A DNA stretch of 64,000 nt from Antedon mediterranea (lineage: Eukaryota > Animalia > Echinodermata): assembly GCF_964355755.1 (NCBI RefSeq), contig NC_092672.1, positions 31,130,437 through 31,194,436 of the forward strand. Direction: 5' to 3'. A program made the translations under genes and the position numbers. The notes beneath the pieces were generated by a model that saw only the letters and a list, made by a program, of their open reading frames with translations, made no database searches and was not told where the DNA came from. This document shows, in pieces, positions 1-19,964 of this stretch (positions within the stretch are counted from its first letter, which is position 1; every line of letters begins with the position of its first letter).

Positions 1-185
1 ATCAGGTGCAAGCTTATTGTGTTTGTACTGTACATCATTATTATGCACTCTGGGAGGTTTTTGAAATAAAAACGTTTTTGATGTTCAATGTAACGTTCAC
101 ATGCATGTATTCATAAAACATTTGTTTCGTATGTGTGAATCAGATAACTAGCTTCAGACAAACTATTTTGACTACTGCTGTACAG

Positions 186-7786
<7,601 letters not shown>

Positions 7787-8170
7787 CTTGGTTATTAGGT
7801 ACTTAAGCCATAGTATATTATCTATTATCTTACAAATAAAACAGGCTTAGGTTTGACTATCCTGCTGCTACCGACATTTTATCAAAAGCTTTGTATCGCT
7901 TTGACAACAACAACATGCACACGTACATATATTTGCAAAGTGATAATTATAATATGCTGCCCCCTCTCGGTTAAAATAATTTTTGGATCGACGGAAAAGA
8001 ATCGATCGTGTTTATTATTTTCTACCTTTGGCGATCAACCTCTCCTACTCCTCTCTCCTCCCTTCAAACAACAGCAACACGTAGGCCTAGGCCTAAAACC
8101 TAGTAAAGTGGGATTCTGTAGTAGGCCTGCCTAGCTGTTTTTTTAATTTAAAATATAAAATAAGGTAAGT
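7787..8170. promoter_or_regulatory. Probable bidirectional promoter / first non-coding exon region between MORN1 (-) and SDF4 (+)
   Basis: The SDF4 ATG exon is preceded by an acceptor (TTTTCCAG, 12635), so a 5' non-coding exon is required. A strong donor AAG|GTAAGT lies at 8164/8165, just upstream of the large insertion. Head-to-head geometry. Inference only. Confidence 0.4.
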
Positions 8171-9521
8171 CAAGATTTGGATCAACTGCCGTTTTGGCTC
8201 CGGAGTTTTTTTTAGGGTTATTCCATTATTAAAGTGGGGGTGTGTGGTTATGAATATTGTGTGCAGGTACGTCAATAGAAATGACATTGAGAGCCCTCTT
8301 CTGTCAGTTGACTGGTTCCCGGTCTACCGCCTTGTAATTGACTTAATCATGATCGAATTCCAACAACTTAAGAATATACAACATGTTTACATGATTATAA
8401 TATAACAATGTAGATCTATCTAATAATGTTTTTATTTTTTTGCAGATAAAGGAGGATCATCAATAAAATAAAATGATAAAAATTCCAGGCATTTAATATA
8501 CGGTTTACTGATAAAATATAATGTACCAATGAAATAAACCTGGTGTTCTGAAACATATTTTAATAACTTTTGCCGGCCTAGCGCCTTTGTGTAATCTATC
8601 TAAATAATTAAGTTAGTAGGCCTATAGTATTAACAAATAAAGGGTTAGGGTTATGTATAATAAAATGATAGAAATGAGGCATTATCTAATAATGTTTTTA
8701 TTGATTTCTTTTCCAGATTTTTATAGTTTTAAAATTCAAGTACCGTTTTTATAGCGTTATGTATCCTGTAAATGCTAACCTAAAAACGTTATCTGAATGT
8801 TTCTTTTTACGTTTTAGAAATGTAATAAAATAACGGTTATTAGTGAACCTAAACATTAACCAAACACTAATGATAGAAAACCACTATGTGATTGCTGGAC
8901 TGCCACAATGGAACAATAGACCTAGGTATGTTAAACAAAGAAATCACATCAAAGCAGGGTGGAGACGGAATTTTAAGACAAAGGCGTTCTATACAAATGC
9001 AAATCTGGTGGTGGAATACAACATGATCAATGCTGACAGAAATTCACGTAAACTCTGCAGTAAAAAAAAATGTAGAAACATTATTTGCTATTAAATCACT
9101 ATATAAAATGTTCAGCTTGTTTAATTAATATACTGTACAATAATAACCGTACTATGATTTTCTTGTTTAACCTGTTTTGAACGTCTCTTTTATCTACTAC
9201 AAGTACAAGGAATAATTTCGCCAGTGTGGCATAGCAAAAAGCTATACAAAACAACCTTATTGCTACACATTTCGAAAATTGTGTAGCAAAAAATACAATA
9301 CAAAACTATGTTTCTCGACTAAATCAGTTTGATTAGCAATTTTGCTAAAATTTTGAAATGAAATTTTTCACTGTACTACAGACTCCCACTTATAATTTTA
9401 ATGCTAGTCGATATATGATTTCTATACTATACTTACTGTTTATTACAGCTCATACATAGTTGCTATTCTCTTGAGGCTCAAGACGACCAAATAGACAGTT
9501 TGATATCCAAGTACAACTTGT

Positions 9522-10262
9522 AACTAGAATTTAATTCGTCACTTTGACGAATTATAGGTGATCATTTTTATCATTTTATTGACATTCATATTTTTTAAAC
9601 ATGCACCTACGTTAACATACAATCGGAAAATGTTGATGTATGCCATCCTATTATACGCTTATAGTGCTGAGTTGTGCCTATTTATTATGCCATATACAAT
9701 ATGTACAGTATATACTGTACTGTGTATATCTATATACAGTGTAGCATAGGTGAAATTACGGGACCCACATCATGTTCTAATTTTCTGGTATGATGACGTT
9801 GTCAAAATAAACTTGAAGATAACAATATCGAAAGATAATGAATTGAGTAATAAAATATAACAATTGGAAGAAAATTTGGCACGTAGAAGGGCGGTGCGCG
9901 CTATTTAAAAATTGTATAACTTTTACGAAAGCGATGAAAAAAATACTTTTTAACTTCAACTGGCCATACGGTAACGTCACAACATCCGATAGGCTTAATT
10001 TTTATATGAATTAATATAAGCTTCGCTTGATGACGTTACATAAATGTCAAAATGTTAACATAGTTCACAAAATGTTATGTTTGCAAGTTTCAGAGAAAAG
10101 CGCACAAAAATCATACAGAAAGAAAGAAGAGAAATAAAAAGTTGATGTTGATGATGATTTCGTACAATCACAAGAGGTTATCAGCAACTTCGTTGCGGAT
10201 AACTAATAAAGATTTGATACAATAACAATAGGTGATCATTTTATTCTAAAAGATCACCTAAT
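9522..10262 (+). mobile_element. Possible Helentron-associated (HINE/DINE-like) elements nested inside the Merlin-like element
   Basis: Starts AACTAGAA with a palindrome AATTCGTCA..TGACGAATT and TAGGTGATCA. Ends with the stem-loop TAGGTGATC...GATCACCTA. A second terminal-type hairpin GTTATC-AGCAAC-TTC-GTTGC-GGATAAC lies at about 10177-10203. Confidence 0.35.
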
Positions 10263-10925
10263 TATGAATATTAAATTCCTGCTTCCAGACGACGTCACAC
10301 TTGGGTTTAATCAGACCTTAAAAAACCTAGTATTCGATTTTCTTTACCAAAATGATTATATATTGTACCGTTACTACTGTATTATTCCAACATGTAATTG
10401 CTATTCTCTCTCTCTCTTTTATTTCTAGGCGTTTTTTAAAGATAAATCAGTCCTTAAAAACCTAGCTATTTTGGTTTGAAATAATCATAACCTATTGTAC
10501 CGTTATGTTGATTTGTTAAACAGTACAGTACATAAAATTTCTTCAAATTCAATATTCAATTTGAATGAAAAAGCTAAACGGTAGTGTTTCAAATTTTGAG
10601 TTTAAAAAAAAATGGTTGGGAAGAATAAATATTAATAAAATATATGTAATCAGGTTAAGAAACGAAAACCGCTGTAGCATAGTTTTACTTTTTTTTATCG
10701 CTGCACAAAGGTGTCTCATTGAAGCTTACAATATTACATAATAAAGCATATAACAATATCATGACATGGAGCTATGTATACAAACTAAAATATGGCACAT
10801 GTATATAAACCAAGATCAGTTGTCTTCAAATCACTCATTTTTCGAAAAACTTTCAACTATATTATACAACTCCGATATTTTACTGCGTTCTCGATTTGAT
10901 TTTACTGCGATTTAAACCAAGGACC

Positions 10926-11061
10926 ATGCTGCCGAAGATAGGACCACATTTGTTTAATGGATTTGATGACTACCTGAACTTTTTCCAACGAAGGGGTTTT
11001 TATCCAACTGCCAAGGATTGCTCGTACTGTAATGTACCAATGTACATGTCTACTCGTAACC
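10926..11061 (+). pseudogene. Remnant first exon of a putative Merlin/ISXO2-like transposase (N-terminal zinc ribbon)
   Basis: MLPKIGPHLFNGFDDYLNFFQRRGFYPTAKDCSYCNVPMYMSTRN followed by donor GTAAGT at 11062. The F.QxxG..P...CxxC..PM pattern resembles the N-terminus of ISXO2-family transposases. No DDE exons are visible. Confidence 0.5.
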
Positions 11062-12641
11062 GTAAGTGTTCTCATCATTAATTATCATAATTACATTTAA
11101 AAAGCGTAATTTAAATATTTATAACCTGTACCATTATACTTATGTCTTTATTATAACCTGCATTTTATGTGCAATTATTTAGTAATTTTATGTACCATTT
11201 ATTCAGTTACTGTAATGTAAGTTAAGTAATTAATTAATTGTAAGTAAATAATGATGAAATTTAATAAAAAATATTTATATTATTGAAATGAATTTCTAAA
11301 TAAAAATACATTGTCAATTTAATTTTGTTGTTGTTATGTTTGGTTTATTTTTTGCTATCCTATGTATTATGATAATTTTGCTATTCTATCTATTAGAATA
11401 TTTATATATAACAACATATCAAAATCTTTTAATAAAGAAACTAAACAAAATTTGTAAAAAGTATACATGAATGATTTGCATTTGTATAGAACGCTTTTGT
11501 CTTAAAATTCCGTCTCCACCCTGCTTTGAGACATGATTTCTTTGTTTAACATGCCTAGGTCTATTGTTCCATTGTGGCAGTCCAGCAAACACATAGTGGT
11601 TTTCTAATGTTAGTGTTTGGTTAATGTTTAGGTTCACTAATAACCGTTATTTTATTACATTTCTATAACGTAAAAAGAAACATTCAGATAACGTTTTTAG
11701 GTTAGCATTTACAGGATACATAACACTATAAAAACGGTACTTGAATTTTAAAACTATAGAAAACTGGAAAAAAAATCAATAAAAACATTATTAGATAATG
11801 CCTCATTTCTATCATTTTATTATACATAACCCTAACCCTTTATTTGTTAATACTGTACTAACTTAATTATTTAGATAGATTTAGATACACAAAGGCGCTA
11901 GGCCGGCAAAAGTTATTAAAATATGTTTCAGAACACCAGGTTTATTTCATTGGTACATTATATTTTATCAGTAAACCGTATATTAAATGCTGGAATTTTT
12001 ATCATTTTATTTTATTGATGATCCTCCTTTATCTGCAAAAAAATAAAAACATTATTAGATAGATCTACATTGTTATATAATTATGTAAACATTTTGTATA
12101 TTCTTAAGTTGTTGGAATTCGATCATGATTAAGTCAATTACAAGGCGGTAGACCGGGAACCAGTCAACTGACAGAAGAGGGCTCTCAATGTCATTTCTAT
12201 TGACGTACCTGCACACAATATTCATAACCACACACCCCCACTTTAATAATGGAATAACCCTTAAAAAAAACTCCGGAGCCAAAACGGCAGTTGATCCCAA
12301 GATTTTATATAGTCAAAAATTATCGATAAAAATATTGTTAGAAACAATGGTCCGGACAAGCAAGGCAAGGCCGGCCTACTAGAGAGGGCCTAGGCCCTAG
12401 TAGTGTAGTACTAGCCTAGTAGAAGTAGAGGCTAGGCCTAAACCTACTAGCCCAAGCTAGAGGCCTCAGTAATTATTTGTAAATGACACACCTCTCCCGG
12501 GGTCACAGTGCATTATTTGATTATATATGCATTACACCCAAAAACAAAACGCCTCCCCTAAAATAAACGCCTTTCTCAAATAAATACGGTATTACTATTA
12601 TGTTAATTTATTTTAATTTGTGTTTTGTTTTCCAGATTACA

Positions 12642-15600
12642 ATGCAATTAAAACAAGAATATTGTCTAGCTATACTTTCAACACTCCTTGTTATAGCAAC
12701 GAGTAACCCAATAAAAAAACTTTTGAAAACAAAACAGAAGAATGTGGAGGAAGATCGGTTAGAGATTGAACCACCGGAACACATAGAGGGCGTGCATATG
12801 AACCGCGATGGCACACTCAACAAGGAGTACCGCCAAGAGGTGTTTCTTGGTCCGGATCACGACCATTTCGAGAAATCAGATGATGAAACAGCTAAGAAAT
12901 TGTTAACCAAAGTGTTCCATGAGTAAGTAATGGAATACGATGTACATAGGGTACAGTACACAATCAATCGTTAGAAACTACAAGGACACAGGTCTTTGCT
13001 GCATCCGTACCAGGTATTCAAAGGAAGGAAAAAATATATTTTAACAGGGTTTTTGACAGTAGGCCTACTGTACATGTATGGCATTCATTTTATAGCTTTA
13101 ACCAAATTTGGGGAAAGATGGGCTTGAAGGGAGGGGGAGGGGTGGTTTGACATCCTCTCAGAAAAAATGCAATGTACCTATTTAATTATAATTGCCCATT
13201 AAGATTACCACAGTGTTAAATTCAGTAGTAAATATATTTGTAATTGTAATTAACAAATAAAAATAAATAAGAGTAAAAAAAGGCCTCAAGACCAGAAAAA
13301 TACAGTATTAACTAAGTACAATTAGCTCATTCCGTTTCTATAAGGCAGAAACATAAAAAGATCATTCATAATGAGTGGTAGTATAAGGCTATTTCATGAA
13401 TTAGCTACCCTACTCCAAAAACTATAAACACATTTATTCATTATTATTAATAGAATGAAGGAACAGAAACAAACATACCACTTGCACTAGAGTATTTACA
13501 GTAGGCTTATGTAACCACATCCTAAAGCTCTGTCTGTCACATCATAAAGTTTTATAGTGTAGACAGAGCTTAAGTGAATTGTAACATAACAATGCTTTTA
13601 CCAAATAACCTCAGCTATTGTTAGGATTGTGTATATATATATGGCAATCCTTCAGAAGCAGATTCACACTCAATTTGATTTCCGTTTCAGGGTAGATAAA
13701 GATAATGATGGCACCCTGACAGAAACTGAATTAGCCAACTGGATCTTCTCAAGAACAGAAGAACATTATCAGAAAGCAATTGCAAAAAATAAAGACATTT
13801 TTCCCAAGGTACACCATTGATATCTTTCTTTGTAGTTCAGCGATGAGGTCAAAGGTTGGATGGCGAATTTGGTTAGTGACAAAGATATTGGGGAGATTAA
13901 AGGGTTTTACCAAGAGCATTGATTGTAGAGTAGGTTGAAATTAAACTTGGTGGCTCCTTTATTGTGTGAAATAAAAAGAAATTCGAATTGGGCAACCAAA
14001 TTTATCATCTTCTTGAAGTACATAACTTTCACCTTCATTCAAAACAATTTGAGTTAATTTGTTTCTTATTTTGTCTAGGTTGATAAAGATGGCGATGGCA
14101 TCATCCATTGGCCAGAGTATCGTCTCCAGTTTCTGACATCAAGAGGTTACACCAAAGACATTATTGACAAACTAGAAGAGGCTGAAGGACCAGAAGACAT
14201 CTTAAACGAACATGACGAAGGTAAAAGAAACTAATACATTTTCCAAATTGTATATATTCATTATTTATGTTAAAGCTCAGGTACAGGCATGAATTTTAAA
14301 TATAATATTTGGTTAATTGTACATAAATCAAATATTTGTAACAGAAATCAAGATGAAAAACCATGAATTTCCCCTAATATGGTCAAATACAAAATTTGGC
14401 AAAATTCTGCCAAAAAAAACCAGGAAGACTTTTTTTCAGTAGTTAGGTAGTTAACATAATGTACTAACATGTCTGGTGACTCCCTAGAAGGTGAAAAAAG
14501 ATGGTGGATATACGGTGGATAATTTTTACTATAGCATGAAAATAAAATTCTGAAGTTGAATAAAAACACCAGAAATGTAAAATTCAAGTTATATTACCTA
14601 TATTTAGTCATCTGATAACATTTTTTACCACACCGTTTATTTTTCATAGCTTTTTAAAATGCCTCTCTATTTTCAAAATTTGTGTACAAAAGAATAGAGA
14701 TTTTACTGTGTAATTTGAACTATCCCCCCACTGATATGAAAGTGCTAATTTTCAAAAAGCTCCTGCAACACTGTTAAGGTTGTAGGATTGTGAGCCATAT
14801 CGATAACAGTATTTGACGCAGATAAAAAATGTTCTATCTAGAACTATAATAACTTTATTGTAATAAACTATACAAAGTACACATCTACACAGTAGGAATA
14901 AATATGGAAGAGTGATTCACATAGAAGAATGTTATCATCTTAAGGAGTGAGCAAAGCAATGATGGATTGCTTTGTGGTCTGGGGACAGTTCCGGTATATC
15001 ATCTATTTCTTAGAACAGGAACTTTCACTTATCATCTATAGGTCAATGACCAGTAGGCTATTGGTAACATTTATTGTACAATGAGAGCACATTTTAACAC
15101 TCCCACTTGTTCTCATTTTTCTTAATTTTACAGTAATACTAATAATATTAAAAATCAAATATAATACAACATGCATATTCATCAAATTATAAAAGTATAA
15201 AAGTGTTTCTCTAATTTACCATATTAATTTTATAAAATGTATTACATTATTACATTGTACAGTGTGTGTATCACAACACATCATTGTCCAAAAATAAAAT
15301 TCTTAAATTTACTTAACTTTAATTTTGTTGCTGGCTTAGTCATAATATCAGCAACCATTTCAGCTGTTGGACAGTAAACAACATTTATTTTACCATCATT
15401 TAATACATTTCGTATGAAGTGATATCGGATGTCAATGTGCTTGGACCTTTGTCGACTTACTGGGTTTTTAGTTAAGGCAATTGTGCCTTGATTATCTTCA
15501 AAAATTTGAATAGGCCCATATTGATATCCGCTAACAATTCCATCTAATAGTTGTATAAGGTACAAACATTCCTGAGTTGTTGCAGCTAGAATTGCATATG

Positions 15601-18600
15601 GCCAAAAATCTTTGCCTAAATTTGACTGTGCAATCAAACATCTACCCATCTCAAATAATGTTCGCCAATTTCGTTCGGCAGTCCCATTTTGGTGAGGGGA
15701 GTAGGGTGCAAAAGTATCGTGTCTTATACGATTCTTTGTAAGGAGTGAGTTAAACTCCTTTGAAGTGAACTCAGAACCATTGTCTGATCTAATACACTTT
15801 ACATTTCCCAGTGGGGAAGAGTCTGCCAGAAACCTTTCTGTGGCAGATATAGTGTCACTTTTATTTTTCAAGAAATATACAAACACAGCTCCTGAATAAT
15901 CATCTGTGAATGATATGGCATACTTAAATCCCTCTCTAGAGACTGGGTTAACTGGGCCAGCCAAATCGGTGTGGACCAATTCTAAGAGTTTGGTTGCACG
16001 GACATCAGGCTTTCTATTTCTACTTTGCGTCATTTTACTAATAGTGCATATATCACAAATTTTGGGTTTATCACTTCCCTGTATGTTCATACCATCTACT
16101 ACATTAGGTAGTTTCAATATATCATCATAATTACAGTGCCCTAAAACATTGTGCCAACTTTGTAGGTCACAAGTCATATTAACTGAATCATCATTACAAG
16201 TATTTAAATAATATAATCTATTTTCCTTTACAATATTGAAAATAAAGCCATTAGGAGCCTTAAGTTGGGCTGAATATTTTTCAAAATTAGTTTGTGCTCC
16301 CTTACTGGCCGCAGCCTGAACTGACAAAATATCTTGTTTATATGAGGGAACATATATAAAGCATTTTCAAGAGTGACTTTGTGTCGATTGCCATTTACAT
16401 CATATATTAGAACATTAGCATCTCCCTTACCAATGACTACCCCATTTGTTTTAGTACCATTAGCCAATTCTATGAAATGGGTATCTGGATTGAAGCTCTT
16501 ATCAAGGTTTATGAATTTTGATTTATCATTTATAATATGGGATGTTGCCTCGCAATCTACTAATAAATTACCATTACATAAATTACTATTAATACTTGCT
16601 TTGAATGCAAATTCAACTCCATCAGTTTCATCCTTTTCCAGCTGCACTGATTTTGCCGCAGTGACGTTACTTTTCTTCCTGCATAACTTGGTGTTGTGCG
16701 TTTTATTCTTGCATACTTTACACCACCTTCCTCGATCCTGTTTACTTCTGCATTCAAAAGATTTATGGCCTTGTTTCCCACATTTAAAACATACAATTCT
16801 TTCACTTTCTTGTGTTTTCATTACACTATCATCTTTTGTCTCTCTTTGAGCCTTCTCCGACTCTTCGAAGCTTCTCAGCGCAATTTTAAAATCGGTAAAG
16901 TTTATCTCCTTTTCTTTTTGCATTATCACGGTCGCAAATGTCCGGAATTGCTGTGGTAGTCCTTTTAGGACCATAGCCACAAGCAAATTGTCGCTAATTT
17001 GTTCGTTAGCAGTTTTTAAACTTGTAGCTGCTGTTTCTGCACGAATAACGTAGTCAGTTACACGTTCGTGTTCGTCCATTTTTAATGAGGTAAGCTCAGT
17101 ATATAGTGATATAATTCTTGGTTTACTTCTTCCCAAATAATGTTCCCGCAGGATTCCTAGAGCCTTTCTTCCATCGTTCTTTGCGTCTCTCAATATCACA
17201 GATAGACTTCTATCGTCTAGGTACTGCACAAGTTCGGCGAACGCATTACTATTTTTCGCCTCATCGGGAGCGGCTACTCCACCTTCGCTTTCCGGTACAA
17301 TAATTTTACTTAATTTTTGTATGTGCAAGTATCCTAGAAACTTTACTTTCCACAACTCGTACTTAGTTTCGTCTCCATTAAATAAAAGCCGTTTACTGGG
17401 CCCATAACCTGTTAAGGTTGTAGGATTGTAAGCCATATCGATAACAGTATTTGACGCAGATAAAAAATGTTCTATCTAGAACTATAATAACTTTATTGTA
17501 ATAAACTATACAAAGTACACATCTACACAGTAGGAATAAATATGGAAGAGTGATTCACATAGAAGAATGTTATCATCTTAAGGAGTGAGCAAAGCAATGA
17601 TGGATTGCTTTGTGGTCTGGGGACAGTTCCGGTATATCATCTATTTCTTAGAACAGGAACTTTCACTTATCATCTATAGGTCAATGACCAGTAGGCTATT
17701 GGTAACATTTATTGTACAATGAGAGCACATTTTAACAAACACAAATAAACTCCCAAAAATTATGAAACATAGGGGAAACTATAGATCGATAATTATTGGA
17801 ATGTATGATCAATAGAAATTTTTTGCCCGCACCTGGCCTTTAAGTTGATGCCATTACTCTCTCTACTGTAGATCATCCCCAAGATCTGAATCTCCAATCA
17901 TCACAGATCTGCCTGATAAATCAATTCAGTATTTTACATTTTAAATATCTTTACAGATGATTATATACTGTACCGTGATAGGTGGGCAAGAGCCGATGAA
18001 AATGGTGATGATAATTTAAGTGAAAATGAGTTTTTAGCATTTCTACATCCAGAGCATTGTAAAGATACAATGATGTCTTTAGTGGATGAGATACTTCATG
18101 ATATGGGTGAGTATTACCTGTCAGACCACTTTCATTGAGGTCATTGACCCACTTTTTAATCCAGGTCATTGACCCGCTTTTTTAATCAAGGTCATTTACC
18201 CATTTTTTACAGCTATAAATCGCATCCAATCTGCAGAAAACTATTACATTCACTAGTCTTGTTTCTGCTGCGAAAAAACAACCGGTTATTAATCGTGTGA
18301 ATAAATTAACCCCAATTATTTTTGTCAGCAGAAAAAAGACTAATTTTCAATAACTGGTTAAATGGCAGCCTGAAAATAACCGTTAAAAACACCCAACTGA
18401 TTCGATGTTAAAACGCTTTAACCGGTTATTATTATTAGCAAAATGATTGTTATTTGACAACTGCTGACCTTGAATAATGTTTGAATTGACCGCTAGAGCC
18501 CATTGCATTTTGAGTACTGCTAATGGTTTTCGTCGGCAACCACTCACTGATTTAAATAGTTATTTAGGAGCAAAAATTGAGCATAAATGCAGTCAATATA

Positions 18601-19957
18601 AAAATTATATTTTAAATCTACTAAACTGTTTATTCAGAACTCTCAGAATTGTAGGCAAAGAACATTGTAACCATCTGAAGTCCACTCTAAAAACCACACA
18701 TAATCATTCTAATTTGTTATTGTAATAAATCATTTTAGATCAAGATGATGATAAAAAATTAACACTAGCAGAGTTTGTTTCACTACCTCTTGGACATGAA
18801 GACGTTCTAGAGAAAGAAACCGCAGAAGATGAATGGGTGAGGGAGAGAAGAAAAGAATTTGAACAACACATTGATCTTAATAAAGATGGAAAAGCAGACG
18901 TAGAGGAATTAGGTGTAAGAAAATTTCAATTTTGTTTTCTATGAACATTGCCCTTTTGCTCTACGAGAGGTTTCCGTCCTCGCTGAGCTCGCCTTAGGAC
19001 ACCTGCGTTACCATTTGACAGATGTACCGCCCCAGTCAAACTCCCCACCTGATGTAATCCATGATTTGAAATTCATAGGACACAGTTTAATTCTTGAATT
19101 CATGCATTCATTGCAAATTCATCCACAACGAGAGAAAGGCATCTTGCCTAACGCTTTGTCTACACTATCAGTATCAAACTTTATGTGACAAAAAAGTTTG
19201 ATGTGGCCAATTATGGTAGTGATATGACATCATCATGCCCATATATGGGCACATCACATTATTTTGTCACTAAGTTTGATAGTGTAGACAGAGCCTAAGG
19301 ACAGTTAAACATGACGGCCTAGTCTAGGTTCTAGACCGAAATTAGTGAGAAGAGTAAAAAGATGATTATTTTGGCACATATGGCATATCATACCGGTTGA
19401 CTAGTTACAGTCACATGCAATTGGCTACTCACTCGAAAACATTTCATTTTCAACAACTAAGATGATGCGCATGCGCTGTGTTACAATTCAACGATGTGGA
19501 AACACACGTGTGTACATTGGGGAACACAAACTCCAACTCGTTTCTTCTCAAAAAGATGATGTGGTGATGAAAGTTTCTGATAGGCCTGGTAGACTGGTAC
19601 ACATTTGATGGGATTTTCCCCAAAAACGAGTCCCGACCCAACATCTGGCTGGGCCTTGTTGTACAGCGCTGTTTAAATAAGACTTTACTCTTGTGATGGT
19701 CTACATACAATGAATGACTATATAATTATGAATAATCCTGTCAGATATTTAATGTATATAATTATTATTTAAAATTTCAGAAATATATGGATCCTAGGAA
19801 TCGAATACATGCAGAGAGTGAAGCGCAGAATTTAATCATAATGGCCGACGATAATCAAGATGATAAGATATCATTACAAGAAGTTCTAGACAACTACAAT
19901 ATTTTTATCGGAAGCAAATTAGTACATTTTGATTGGAAAGTACATGACGAGTTCTAG
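12642..19957 (+). CDS. SDF4: 45 kDa calcium-binding protein Cab45 (CREC family, EF-hands)
   Basis: Exons 12642-12922 (signal peptide, PPEHIEGVHMNRDGTLNKEYRQEVFLG), 13691-13808, 14079-14220, 17957-18106 (FLAFLHPEH), 18739-18914, 19781-19957. EF-hand loops DKDNDGTLT, DKDGDGIIH, DENGDDNLS, DQDDDKKLT, DLNKDGKAD, DDNQDDKIS. C-terminal VHDEF*. All phases are consistent. Confidence 0.95.
15281..16350 (-). pseudogene. Copia pol remnant: integrase fused in frame to RNase H C-terminus
   Basis: WHNVLGH..CDIC zinc finger, LVHTDLAGP, IRSDNGSEF, HQNGTAER, WPYA, then directly ILAATTQECLYL..FEDNQGTI..RSKHIDIRYHFIR..MVADIMTK. No RT motifs (YVDD) are present. Confidence 0.9.
16228..17436 (-). pseudogene. Copia gag-protease ORF (damaged)
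   Basis: CCHC knuckle CFKCGKQGHKSFEC and a second CKVCKNKTHNTKLC. The protease motif LVDCEATSH has G>E relative to DCGAT. A 2-nt (AT) insertion near 16352-16358 shifts the frame from NALYVPSYKQDILSV. Confidence 0.85.
18948..19052 (-). rRNA. Dispersed 105-bp fragment of 28S (LSU) rRNA, domain V P-loop region (not a functional gene)
   Basis: Reverse complement reads TCAGGTGGGGAGTTTGACTGGGGCGGTACATCTGTCAAATGGTAACGCAGGTGTCCTAAGGCGAGCTCAGCGAGGACGGAAACCTCTCGTAGAGCAAAAGGGCAA, a highly conserved eukaryotic LSU sequence. It is GC-rich with sharp edges in an AT-rich intron. Confidence 0.93.
19153..19294. mobile_element. About 150-bp MITE family (Tourist/Harbinger-like); other copies at about 13527-13570, 21684-21835, 23165-23320, 26477-26510
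   Basis: TIR GCTCTGTCTACACTATCAAACT...AGTTTGATAGTGTAGACAGAGC with a shared core (ATGGTAGTGATATGAC, CATATATGGGCACAT). Confidence 0.75.
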
Positions 19958-19964
19958 TCCTAAT

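Larger units (their letters stand above)
8179..12297. mobile_element. Non-autonomous DNA transposon, Merlin (IS1595/ISXO2-like) type, with about 826-bp terminal inverted repeats
   Basis: Left TIR 8179-9005 (GGATCAACTGCCGTTTTGGCTCCGGAG...) is the reverse complement of right TIR 11473-12297. 8-bp TSD CAAGATTT at 8171-8178 and 12298-12305; GG...CC termini. The element is certain; the superfamily is inferred from termini, TSD and the internal exon. Confidence 0.85.
14772..17737 (-). mobile_element. Ty1/copia LTR retrotransposon, internally deleted (no RT), in SDF4 intron
   Basis: 328-bp LTRs 14772-15099 and 17410-17737 (TGTTAA...TTAACA, one mismatch). 5-bp TSD AACAC (14767-14771, 17738-17742). 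PBS GGTTATGGGCCCAG next to the 5' LTR; PPT AAGTGGGAG next to the 3' LTR. Confidence 0.97.

Noticed and set aside
7895-7908. RFX X-box upstream of MORN1
   Set aside because: Only a half-site-quality match (GTTGTCAAAGCGAT on the minus strand), not distinguishable from chance.
8641-8653. Telomeric TTAGGG repeat
   Set aside because: Only about two units, located inside the TIR.
8093-12382. Paired ORFs 8093-8287/12188-12382 and 8843-9094/11419-11637 as duplicated genes
   Set aside because: They are by-products of the long TIRs, and the frames break differently in the two arms.
16228-16360. Programmed gag/pol ribosomal frameshift
   Set aside because: Copia elements of this type normally have one ORF. 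Removing one AT from a TATAT run restores NALYVPSYKQDILSV, so it is a mutation.
18948-19052. Functional rDNA unit
   Set aside because: Only 105 bp, embedded in an intron, with no other rDNA around it.
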